Assembly (NCBI GenBank): GCA_943789275.1
Contig: CALSTM010000001.1
Location: 90,001 to 122,000 of the forward strand
DNA: 32,000 nt
Source: Candidatus Poseidoniaceae archaeon
GTDB lineage: Archaea > Thermoplasmatota > Poseidoniia > Poseidoniales > Poseidoniaceae
Direction: 5' to 3'
Below are positions 7,703 to 15,819 of this stretch, piece after piece. The notes below the pieces were generated by a model. That model was not told where the DNA came from. It worked only from the letters and a program-made list of their open reading frames with translations, and ran no database searches. The position numbers and the translations under genes are program-made. The stretch's first letter is position 1. Every line of letters starts with the position of its first letter.

Positions 7703-9424
7703 ATGATGGTCGATGAAGAACTCAAGTTTGCTCGAGGCGACCTCAACGGGGTCATGAGTGCACACCCGCACGTTGCTGAATGGGTGCGTGACTTTGAATC
7801 AAGCCATGGTTCGCGTCCAATCTATTACGGCCCATTAGACCGCGGGGCCAAAAAGGAACGACCCTACAACCTCATCTACATTACAAAAGAACCTATTTTC
7901 GTTCACATTTACGAACCTCCTGCCGATGAGGAAGGTGGTGGACAAATTCTTTGGTTCGGTCTCGAGCCTCAACTTTCCGAAGAAGAGGAAAACATTCGGC
8001 GTGGTTTAATCGAAACTCTACTCCAAGAGGCCCCAACAGCCCCATCGTTTACCACGGACGAGGAATTTGAAAATATTCTCTCTCAAATGATTGAACGCTA
8101 TACGCTTCTCGATACAGATGCTGTGACGAACGTTCGTCGGCAAGGCCGCTTTTGGGAAATGATGGGCATGGACGACAAGCGGTTGATTGTAACAGCCGCT
8201 CAACGAGAACGCCTACGATATATTGTTGTCCGAGATTTAATTCGTAACGGTCCATTGGAACCTCTTCTCTCAGATGAAATGCTGGAAGATATTCACTCGA
8301 TTGGCCTAAAGCACGTCCACATGGACCACAAAGTGTTTGGAATGGTCACATCGAACATTCGATTCCGTGACCGGGAACTGCTTTCTCGTTTCCTGAGGGC
8401 CATGTCTGAACGAATTGGGCGACCAGTTTCAGACAACAAACCGATTATTGACGGAGCATTGCTTGACGGCTCCCGTATCAACATTATTTTCTCCGATGAC
8501 GTCTCAATGCTTGGACCATCGTTCACTATTCGTAAGTTCGCTGAAGAAACCATCTCCATCACGCAACTTATTGCTTGGGGAACAATCTCTTCACAAGTCG
8601 CTGCTTACATTTGGATTTGTCTTGAATACGGAATGTCTGTTCTTGTCTCTGGAGAAACTGCATCCGGTAAGACCACTACGCTCAACGCGATTTTACCGTT
8701 CATTGACCATAACGTTAAGATTTATTCCGCTGAAGACACCCCTGAAGTAAAGGTACGTCACAAGATATGGCAACGTCTGGTCACTCGTTCATCAAAGAAT
8801 GAGGAATCTCGTGTCGAAATGTTCGACCTGCTCAAGGCCGCTTTGCGTAGCCGACCTCGATACATCATCATTGGAGAAATACGTGGTGTCGAAGGTGCAA
8901 CAGCTTTCCAGGCTATGCAAACAGGGCACCCCGTTATCGCTACGTTCCACGCATCGTCCATTGTCAAAATGATTCAGAGATTTACCGGTGACCCGATTAA
9001 TGTTCCAATTCGCTTTTTCGATAACCTGAACTTCGCTATTTTCCAAGAAGTGGTTGAGGCACCAGGTGGAGGTATCGCTCGACGAGTCACTGGAATTGAT
9101 GAAGTCATTGGCTACAACAAACACAGCGATGGTGTACTTACTCGTGGTATGTTCGAATGGGATCCGGTGAAAGACAAGCACTATTTCCGTGGTATGTTCC
9201 AAAGTCACTTGTTGGAAAATAAGATTGCTGCAATGGCAGGTTTCTCAAACAAGCGTGATATTTACGACGAAATGTTGAGGCGAGCCGCTGCTCTTGACCG
9301 TATGGTTGAACGGGAATTAACGCATTACGACGACGTATTCGATTTGTTGGGCATCTATTACAACAACGGATGGGAACACTTCGACAAAGCAGTTGATTCA
9401 TGGACTGGAGTAAACCATACTTGA
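7703..9424 (+). CDS. flaI: FlaI/ArlI, archaellum assembly and motor ATPase (type II/IV secretion ATPase superfamily).
   Basis: Walker A is SGETASGKTTT, Walker B is RPRYIIIGEIRGVEG, and the His box is GHPVIATFHA. GAGGTG (7695-7700) lies upstream. The second ATG at 7706 has better spacing and may be the true start. Confidence 0.93.
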   Translation: MMVDEELKFARGDLNGVMSAHPHVAEWVRDFESSHGSRPIYYGPLDRGAKKERPYNLIYITKEPIFVHIYEPPADEEGGGQILWFGLEPQLSEEEENIRRGLIETLLQEAPTAPSFTTDEEFENILSQMIERYTLLDTDAVTNVRRQGRFWEMMGMDDKRLIVTAAQRERLRYIVVRDLIRNGPLEPLLSDEMLEDIHSIGLKHVHMDHKVFGMVTSNIRFRDRELLSRFLRAMSERIGRPVSDNKPIIDGALLDGSRINIIFSDDVSMLGPSFTIRKFAEETISITQLIAWGTISSQVAAYIWICLEYGMSVLVSGETASGKTTTLNAILPFIDHNVKIYSAEDTPEVKVRHKIWQRLVTRSSKNEESRVEMFDLLKAALRSRPRYIIIGEIRGVEGATAFQAMQTGHPVIATFHASSIVKMIQRFTGDPINVPIRFFDNLNFAIFQEVVEAPGGGIARRVTGIDEVIGYNKHSDGVLTRGMFEWDPVKDKHYFRGMFQSHLLENKIAAMAGFSNKRDIYDEMLRRAAALDRMVERELTHYDDVFDLLGIYYNNGWEHFDKAVDSWTGVNHT

Positions 9425-9435
9425 GGTGATGTCGG

Positions 9436-11238
9436 ATGCAGCGAATGTCTTACTGGCAAATCGCCCTGCGTCGCGTCGAGATTCCTGTCGGCCAATTTCT
9501 TCTTTTTTATGTTGGAGGGGCCGCACTTGTTGGTTTCCTTTTTTCACTTGTACTCATTTTGTTTACAGGTGGCCTTGCTGAAGGCGCCCTGTTTTCTGGT
9601 GCTGCTGGTATTCTTTTGCTTCTTCTCTTACCAATCTTAGCAGGAGGTGCTGCTGCTGCGTATCCCTTGCTTGATGTACAACGCTCGGCTACGTTGATTG
9701 AGAAAGAAATGCACATGTTCATCACAAGAATGGGCATTCTCTCCCTTGGTGAAGTCGGGGCACAGTCCATTTTCGACATCCTCAAGCAAATGAGCGATTA
9801 TGGAGAATTAGCAAATGAAGTCAAGCGTATAGAGACGCTTGTCGACAAATGGCACACTTCTCTACCCGAAGCATCGAGAATTGTGGCCCAGCAAAGTCCA
9901 AGCCCGTTATGGGCTGATTTCCTTGACAGAATGGCGTTTTCAATCGAGGCAGGTCAGGCCATTGATGAGTTCATGCGCTCTGAACAGGAAACCGTAGCAG
10001 AACAGTACACGACGTTGTACGACACCCGACTTGAATCTGTTGACACCATGAAGGAAATTTACGTTTCTTTGGTCTCAGCAGCGTTGTTTGGACTGGTCAT
10101 TGCTGGAATACATCTGGTTTTGTTTGAAGTAGGTTCGTCTTCCGACACGCCGATTTTGGTTGCCAGTCGTTTGAGATTCGTTCTTCTAGCGTCACTGGTT
10201 TTCACGGTTATTCAAATCATAGCCGTCTTTGCGTTTAGGGCTACGGTACCTGAAGATCCTACCTTTGCACGGGACGAAATGGATACACCTTTCCGAATAA
10301 ATTTCCTACGTGCTTTGGTTGGGGCGGGTATTTTGACTGTTTTCTTGGTCTTCATCATGATTTTGTTGCTTGCATCAGCATGGGAAGCTGTTACCAATCA
10401 ATGGGACCGTTATGGACTCATTTTCATCGCAGCTCCTCTCTCTCCACTGCTCATTCCTGCAATTATGATTGGAAGGGAAGAGCGCCAAGTTTTGCGTAGA
10501 GATGAGACCTACCCCGATTTCATTCGTGCTTTGGGCGGTACTGCCCAAGCTCGTTCTTCGGAACCATCTGCGACCATCAAAGCGCTACGTGGCATCGACT
10601 TTGGTATGCTCGACCGTTCTATTGACCGTTTAGAGAAGCGATTGTCGACACGGATTGATTCGGACCGTGCGTGGGATTACTTCAACGCCGATACCAATTC
10701 AGCAGTGATCTCTCGATACACTCGAATCTATATCGAGGGCTCACAATCTTCAGGCAAGCCAGCAGACACAGCAGAAATGGTTTCGCGTTCTGTTGGAAGC
10801 CTTCTCTCTCTTCGTCGGAGAAGAGCATTATCTGCAAACACGATGCGAGGGGTTGCGCTTGGTTTGCTCATCGCTTCGGTCACAAGCCTCAACGTGACCA
10901 TTGCCATTGTTTTGAAACTCGGCGATTCAATTGCTGGTGTTGCATCCAATTTCACGGATACTGATGTCACTGCTTTGGCTGATTTTGGGGCAGGTCTGGC
11001 TCTTCCAGTCATGGAAGATGCGTCTGGGGTTGGAGAAAATATTCGAATGTTCAAAGTCATTGTATCCATTCTTATTCTCTTCCAGGTTATGGCGGTCTCA
11101 ACGATTTCCAATCGTTTGAGAGGTGGCATTTGGACAACAGCTATGGGTCAAGGGATTCAGTTGCTTTGGGTTGCAGGGATCACCTCGTACATCACTTCAT
11201 TGGTTTTGGAATCTGCATCTTCAGTATTCGGTGTTTAA
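9436..11238 (+). CDS. flaJ: FlaJ/ArlJ, polytopic archaellum platform membrane protein (GspF/TadC-like).
   Basis: It is 600 aa with multiple TM helices flanking two soluble domains. GAGGTGAT (9424-9431) precedes the ATG. It is in the canonical position after flaI. Confidence 0.85.
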   Translation: MQRMSYWQIALRRVEIPVGQFLLFYVGGAALVGFLFSLVLILFTGGLAEGALFSGAAGILLLLLLPILAGGAAAAYPLLDVQRSATLIEKEMHMFITRMGILSLGEVGAQSIFDILKQMSDYGELANEVKRIETLVDKWHTSLPEASRIVAQQSPSPLWADFLDRMAFSIEAGQAIDEFMRSEQETVAEQYTTLYDTRLESVDTMKEIYVSLVSAALFGLVIAGIHLVLFEVGSSSDTPILVASRLRFVLLASLVFTVIQIIAVFAFRATVPEDPTFARDEMDTPFRINFLRALVGAGILTVFLVFIMILLLASAWEAVTNQWDRYGLIFIAAPLSPLLIPAIMIGREERQVLRRDETYPDFIRALGGTAQARSSEPSATIKALRGIDFGMLDRSIDRLEKRLSTRIDSDRAWDYFNADTNSAVISRYTRIYIEGSQSSGKPADTAEMVSRSVGSLLSLRRRRALSANTMRGVALGLLIASVTSLNVTIAIVLKLGDSIAGVASNFTDTDVTALADFGAGLALPVMEDASGVGENIRMFKVIVSILILFQVMAVSTISNRLRGGIWTTAMGQGIQLLWVAGITSYITSLVLESASSVFGV

Positions 11239-11277
11239 CGACCCAACAATCATAATCCCAATGGGTGATTGCTGTTC

Positions 11278-11730
11278 ATGCAAGTCCCTCCACCTCCACC
11301 AGCAGCCGCATCTCAGCAAAGCGCCCCAACACCCTCGCCTTATCTGCCAGCAGCCGGTTTTCAGCAATCACCGATGAGTTATTCCTTTCACCGATGGTTA
11401 ATGCTCGGTATCGTTCTGGTTCTTGCTTCCATTGTTTTTGTCGAGGTTGTTGGAATGTTTGGTCCACCATCCGCAGTGGATTATGATCTTGAAGCCGAAG
11501 GCGTCACCGAAAAAATAGCAGAGGATACTGAGGCACATACCGATTTGAATCGTGTTATTGGTTCGATCGGAACAATACTCCAATCGTTTGGTCTAGGGCT
11601 GATTGGTTATGCCCTCCTCCGAGAGTCTTACGATGACAAACATGAGCACACAGCACTTCGCGTTACAGCTGTCATCGTTGGCGTCCTTGTTGTGTTGAAC
11701 ATTGCCTCTCGTAGCATATCCATCGCTTGA
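11278..11730 (+). CDS. Small membrane protein trailing the archaellum operon (hypothetical).
   Basis: ATG at 11278. It has a Pro/Gln-rich N-terminus (MQVPPPPPAAASQQSAPTPSPY) and three hydrophobic helices: WLMLGIVLVLASIVFVEVVGMF, IGTILQSFGLGLIGYALL and VTAVIVGVLVVLNIA. It is on the same strand, 40 nt after flaJ. Confidence 0.5.
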   Translation: MQVPPPPPAAASQQSAPTPSPYLPAAGFQQSPMSYSFHRWLMLGIVLVLASIVFVEVVGMFGPPSAVDYDLEAEGVTEKIAEDTEAHTDLNRVIGSIGTILQSFGLGLIGYALLRESYDDKHEHTALRVTAVIVGVLVVLNIASRSISIA

Positions 11731-11732
11731 GT

Positions 11733-12383
11733 TCAGCGTTTCTTCTCTTGGGCAATTCTCTTTTTGGTTGCCGTCCAGGAACAGATTGGGCATTGCTCAA
11801 GGTCATGGTTTCGAGCAGGACAGTATTCTCTGCCAAAGAATATGATTTGGAGATGCAACTTGTTCCAAATCTCCTTTGGAAAAATGGCCTTTAAGTCACG
11901 CTCGGTTCGTACGACAGTGGTGTCATTGGAAAGCCCCCAGCGTGCTGCGAGGCGATGGATGTGCGTGTCGATTGGGAAGGCTGGAACGCCGAAGGCTTGA
12001 GCCATCACAACACCAGCCGTCTTGTGCCCAACGCCAGGTAACGCTTCAAGTTCCTCAAATGTTTGAGGAATCAATCCGTCATGCCGTTCCATAATCAGTT
12101 CTGAAAGTCTACGGATGTTCTTTGCTTTGGTCGGAGCAAGCCCGACTTGGCGGATATCCTTGAGAATAGTTTCAACACTCAGTTTGGCCATTGCTTCTGC
12201 AGTTGGGGCTTTGGCAAACAGGGAGGGGGTGACTTCATTCACCTTGAGGTCAGTAGTTTGTGCACTCATTAGAACTGCAACCAGTAACTGGAAGTCATTT
12301 TCATGGTCAAGCGGCACTGGAGTTTCAGGATAGAACTCTTCAAGCATCGCTGCTATTTTCACCGCTTTGTCGCTGCGCTTCAT
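11733..12383 (-). CDS. nth: Endonuclease III (DNA glycosylase/AP lyase, HhH-GPD family).
   Basis: The HhH-GPD motif is LEALPGVGHKTAGVVMAQAFG, with the catalytic Lys. The catalytic Asp context is PIDTHIHRL. The C-terminal Cys cluster is YCPARNHDLEQCPIC. Confidence 0.9.
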   Translation of the reverse strand: MKRSDKAVKIAAMLEEFYPETPVPLDHENDFQLLVAVLMSAQTTDLKVNEVTPSLFAKAPTAEAMAKLSVETILKDIRQVGLAPTKAKNIRRLSELIMERHDGLIPQTFEELEALPGVGHKTAGVVMAQAFGVPAFPIDTHIHRLAARWGLSNDTTVVRTERDLKAIFPKEIWNKLHLQIIFFGREYCPARNHDLEQCPICSWTATKKRIAQEKKR

Positions 12384-12695
12384 TCAGATGCCTCCGTGAG
12401 GAATGAGTTGCGGTGGTATTCGATAGGTGTATTGGATTTTCACACCAGTGAATATTATGCAATGAGGTTCGGTTTGGAAGTGAACTTCCGTTACCTTTGA
12501 TTCGATGCCGTGAAGCGGCATAGTGGCGCCAAAAGTACCGTCACGAAAGAGTTGGATGCTGGTGTCGACTGAATCGGGATGAGAACTGAAACTGATTTGG
12601 TTTTCATCTTGAACGACTTCACCTTTGATGGTGCTGAAAAACGAGATGAAAAAAGGGCATATTTCGCTCCATTGTTCGATTTTGAACCGGGACAT
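12384..12695 (-). CDS. Hypothetical small protein (103 aa) between polX and nth.
   Basis: The ATG at 12695 is preceded by GAGG with 7-nt spacing. Its stop directly abuts the nth start (12384/12383). No recognisable motifs. Confidence 0.5.
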   Translation of the reverse strand: MSRFKIEQWSEICPFFISFFSTIKGEVVQDENQISFSSHPDSVDTSIQLFRDGTFGATMPLHGIESKVTEVHFQTEPHCIIFTGVKIQYTYRIPPQLIPHGGI

Positions 12696-12704
12696 CGAAT
12701 CGCC

Positions 12705-12962
12705 TCAAGATTCCATTTTTACGGAGTATGCCTCTCCAGTTTTCCAACCGAAAAACAAACCTATGCCGATTGAAAACAGGGGTATGCCGTTGCAAATGAG
12801 CGATTCCATGGGTTCTGTAGTCGGTTGGCCGGCGGTGTACCAGATAATCATCGATAACAACAGCCCTGGAATCAACATGACTCCGCCCATGATGAGGGTA
12901 CGTAGGAGACGCATGTCAATGCCAGTCGGGGGAATGCCATGAAGGTGTGGTTTCCCTATCAT
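12705..12962 (-). CDS. Small two-TM membrane protein (hypothetical).
   Basis: The ATG at 12962 overlaps the polX stop as TGATG, suggesting translational coupling. Two clean hydrophobic helices are present: LIMGGVMLIPGLLLSMIIWY and IPLFSIGIGLFFGW. Confidence 0.55.
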   Translation of the reverse strand: MIGKPHLHGIPPTGIDMRLLRTLIMGGVMLIPGLLLSMIIWYTAGQPTTEPMESLICNGIPLFSIGIGLFFGWKTGEAYSVKMES

Positions 12963-14899
12963 CAAGAAAGACGCAGTGTGAGTTCTTCTCCACCGAGTGA
13001 ATTGAGGACGTCATGTGGCTCAATCCATCCTTTTCGAGCGGCCATGACTCCGTAACTAATATCGGCCAGGCCCCGAATTGAATGCGCATCTGGATTGATG
13101 ATTACCGGAACCCCCAAACCTTTCGCATGTTTACATAAACGCCAATCGAGATCTAAACGGTATGGGCTTGCATTCAATTCAACTGCCTTGAGGCGCCCTT
13201 CGTCGTTATGTTCAGCCATGTGTTCAAGAACAGCAAACAAGTCAACCTCATATCCGTCTCTTCCCTGCAATATTCTTCCAGTAGGGTGGCCAAGAACGGT
13301 CGTTGAGGGATGGTCGATACACTGCATTAATTCCTCTGTATTTTGCAATTCATCACGCGCTTTCCATTTCGACAGAGCATGAACAGACGCCACTGTGTAA
13401 TCCAATTGCGAAAGAACATCATCGGGGTGGTCGAGTTTGCCGCCTTCAAGAATATCCGATTCGACACCGTGGAAGAGTCGGAAGTCTGTGCCTTCTTCAG
13501 CCCATGCTGCGTTGTAGCGTCGGATGGTTTCACCTTGCTCCAATAAATCTTCAGCACTTGCCCCATTAGCAATTTTTAGCGTTGGCGAATGGTCAGCAAT
13601 ACCCAACCAGTTCCAACCCATTTTACGAGCCGTATCTGCCATTTCTTCCAAACTTGCCTCTCCATCTGAAAGGGTGGTATGGTTATGTAAAGCACCTCGA
13701 ATATCCATTCCGGTCAGCAAATTCGGTAGAGCAGATGATTCAGCAGCAGCGATTTCACCCGTATCTTCGCGAAGTTCAGGGGTGACCCAATCGAGTTCCA
13801 AATGTCGGTAAATCTCTTCTTCATTGGATGCTTGAAGCGAGAATTTTGCTGCAGCCATTCCTTTCAAGTCTCCAGCCTTAGCATCTGGGATGAGTCCGAA
13901 CTCGTTCAATTTCAATCCACGGTCAATAGCTCGTTGTCGCATGGCAATGTTGTGCTCCTTGCTTCCAGTAAAGTACGCTAGAGTGAATGGGAACACCTCT
14001 GGTGTGACAAGTCGAACTTGTGCATCAATGGTGCCACCACTCTCAAGTTGTTCGTAATCGTCACCACCAATAGCGTCGAGCACGTTTGGGTCGATGTGAC
14101 CTACTGTGAAGCCGCCATCAAAGATACTGGTGTCAAGAATGAGGCTGATTTTCGAATCACCTGCACCTTTCACATCGGCAATTCCTGGAAGTGACAATAT
14201 TGCTTCAGCAACACTCTCATGGTGTTCGTCCTCGACAGCAACGACGACATCTAGATCACCAATCGTTTCTTTTCTGCGTCGCGCACTGCCGGCTAATTGG
14301 GCTTTAATCACGCCTTCGATCGATGCAATCTTTGACTGAAATGCCTCTCCATACATCAACCCGACATCCAATCTTCGGCGAGCCCTGAATCGAGCTAACA
14401 ACTCAATACCGTCGAGCATTCGTTGTTGTGATTTCTTTCCGAACCCTTTCATTGGCGCTATCAATCCATCCGTTGCTGCTTCTTTTAGAGAGGCTACTGA
14501 ATCAACTCCGAGTTCTTCATTCATCAGTTTGATTCGCTTCGGCCCCAGTCCAGGAATGCCAAGCATCTCAATAAGTCCTTGAGGAGTTGAACTGTGCAAA
14601 TCAACCCAATCGCTTGGCCATTCTCCATCCATGATGGCTTGTGTGAGTGCAGAGCCGAGCCCCTTTCCAATACCCTTCATTTCGAACAGTCGACCGGTTG
14701 AGACCAGTTCGCCGAGGTCTTCTGTTAGACCCCCAAGCATCCTGCTGGCGTTTTGGTACGAGCGGACTCGAAACACATTGGCTCCGTTGAGTTCCAGAAG
14801 AACAGCCACTTGGTGCATGACCGTGGCGATTTGGTTGCGTGAAAAATAGGGTGGGCCGCTTGGCCGTGCCTTTGGTAGTGTAAATCCGGCGCCTGCCAT
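12962..14899 (-). CDS. polX: Family X DNA polymerase with C-terminal PHP phosphoesterase domain (PolX).
   Basis: The N-terminal pol-beta-like region is FSRNQIATVMHQVAVLLELNGANVFRVRSYQNASR. HhH motifs are GIGKGLGS and IPGLGPKRIKLM. The nucleotidyltransferase motif is GSARRRKETIGDLDVVV. The PHP motif is GALHNHTTLSDGEAS, and further His/Asp residues (IADHSP, HGVESD, NPDAH) are present. Confidence 0.92.
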   Translation of the reverse strand: MAGAGFTLPKARPSGPPYFSRNQIATVMHQVAVLLELNGANVFRVRSYQNASRMLGGLTEDLGELVSTGRLFEMKGIGKGLGSALTQAIMDGEWPSDWVDLHSSTPQGLIEMLGIPGLGPKRIKLMNEELGVDSVASLKEAATDGLIAPMKGFGKKSQQRMLDGIELLARFRARRRLDVGLMYGEAFQSKIASIEGVIKAQLAGSARRRKETIGDLDVVVAVEDEHHESVAEAILSLPGIADVKGAGDSKISLILDTSIFDGGFTVGHIDPNVLDAIGGDDYEQLESGGTIDAQVRLVTPEVFPFTLAYFTGSKEHNIAMRQRAIDRGLKLNEFGLIPDAKAGDLKGMAAAKFSLQASNEEEIYRHLELDWVTPELREDTGEIAAAESSALPNLLTGMDIRGALHNHTTLSDGEASLEEMADTARKMGWNWLGIADHSPTLKIANGASAEDLLEQGETIRRYNAAWAEEGTDFRLFHGVESDILEGGKLDHPDDVLSQLDYTVASVHALSKWKARDELQNTEELMQCIDHPSTTVLGHPTGRILQGRDGYEVDLFAVLEHMAEHNDEGRLKAVELNASPYRLDLDWRLCKHAKGLGVPVIINPDAHSIRGLADISYGVMAARKGWIEPHDVLNSLGGEELTLRLS

Positions 14900-14990
14900 G
14901 CATCGTGTTACCGGCGACCCTTCTCAAACGTTGCTCTTACCCTTTCAGGCCCAACTTCATGTTGAAGAACCACGACCTGTAGCACTGCCT

Positions 14991-15317
14991 ATGGTCAGCG
15001 TCACCTTCATCGAACATTTGGCCGAAGCATTGTGCGGCATATCGGCAGTGCTGTTCACATTCATTGCGACCTTTTCTCGCTCACCACGCGCCGAACATAT
15101 TGTTCAGAACCTCATCGCTATCACGCTTATTGCCGCAGCAGGAGTACTTTGGTGGCTTTCACTGTCAGGTGGAGTTCTGTGGGGTTCGAATTACCTTCCA
15201 AAACCGCTTTCATTGGTATGTGTCGTTATCGCTATTGCAGCACGTATGAACATCAAAGGCGAAAACGTCTCATTCGGAGCAAATCCACACACGATTGGTA
15301 AAAACCAAGAAGAATAA
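14991..15317 (+). CDS. Small membrane protein (hypothetical, about 3 TM).
   Basis: ATG 14991 is preferred over ATG 14898, which would overlap the divergent polX start codon. Hydrophobic helices include GISAVLFTFIATF, LIAITLIAAAGVLWWLSL and LSLVCVVIAIAA. Confidence 0.4.
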   Translation: MVSVTFIEHLAEALCGISAVLFTFIATFSRSPRAEHIVQNLIAITLIAAAGVLWWLSLSGGVLWGSNYLPKPLSLVCVVIAIAARMNIKGENVSFGANPHTIGKNQEE

Positions 15318-15653
15318 TCAAACAATTTCGCCACGGGGCGTGCTTGTGTCTTCAACTGCGCTTTCAGGCTGAGCAGCTTCTTTCGCCATTTTCTGGTCGA
15401 TGAACGTACGCATGTATTCCGGAAGTTCACCGTTGACAAAAATGACATCATGGATGTGGTCGAGTTTTTTGAGTGAGTAATAGATCTGCATGGCTGTCAT
15501 CGGTGTGGAGGAACAGCCGTTGCAGCCACCATCGAGCGAGAGCATAATGTTGCCATCGGTCGTATCGAGGACATTGACCACGCCATCATGCTCATCCAAA
15601 ATCTCTTGGACGGGTCCAATTTCTGCCAAGATTTCCTCAGCGGTGATGCTCAT
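15318..15653 (-). CDS. NifU/Nfu-like Fe-S cluster scaffold domain protein.
   Basis: The CxxC motif in LDGGCNGCSSTPMTAMQI matches the Nfu C-terminal domain signature (G-x-C-x-G-C...T). Size is about 110 aa. Confidence 0.75.
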   Translation of the reverse strand: MSITAEEILAEIGPVQEILDEHDGVVNVLDTTDGNIMLSLDGGCNGCSSTPMTAMQIYYSLKKLDHIHDVIFVNGELPEYMRTFIDQKMAKEAAQPESAVEDTSTPRGEIV

Positions 15654-15819
15654 GTAGAGACCCTGTAGGCCTCTCCCCTTTCAACAATTGCTTGAACGAT
15701 GGCGCTTACGGCCCGTGCGGCATCAACCTCAGTCCCCCGTAAAGACCGTTAAACAGTGTTTTTTGGAGGGAACCACTTATGAAGGGTTCTTTGGTCGCCG
15801 GAGGTACAGGTGTTCTATA

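Noticed and set aside
12625-12942. Plus-strand ORF of 105 aa opposite the 2-TM peptide gene.
   Set aside because: The minus-strand ORF shows two clean TM helices and a TGATG coupling with polX. The plus-strand product looks random.
15688-15819. 44-aa N-terminal extension of hppA from a TTG start. Similar upstream alternative starts occur at 4875, 5707, 11269, 14898 and 17963.
   Set aside because: The extensions are basic or low-complexity and unlike homologous N-termini. Internal ATGs have better SD spacing or avoid overlapping neighbouring genes or hairpins. These start choices remain inferences.
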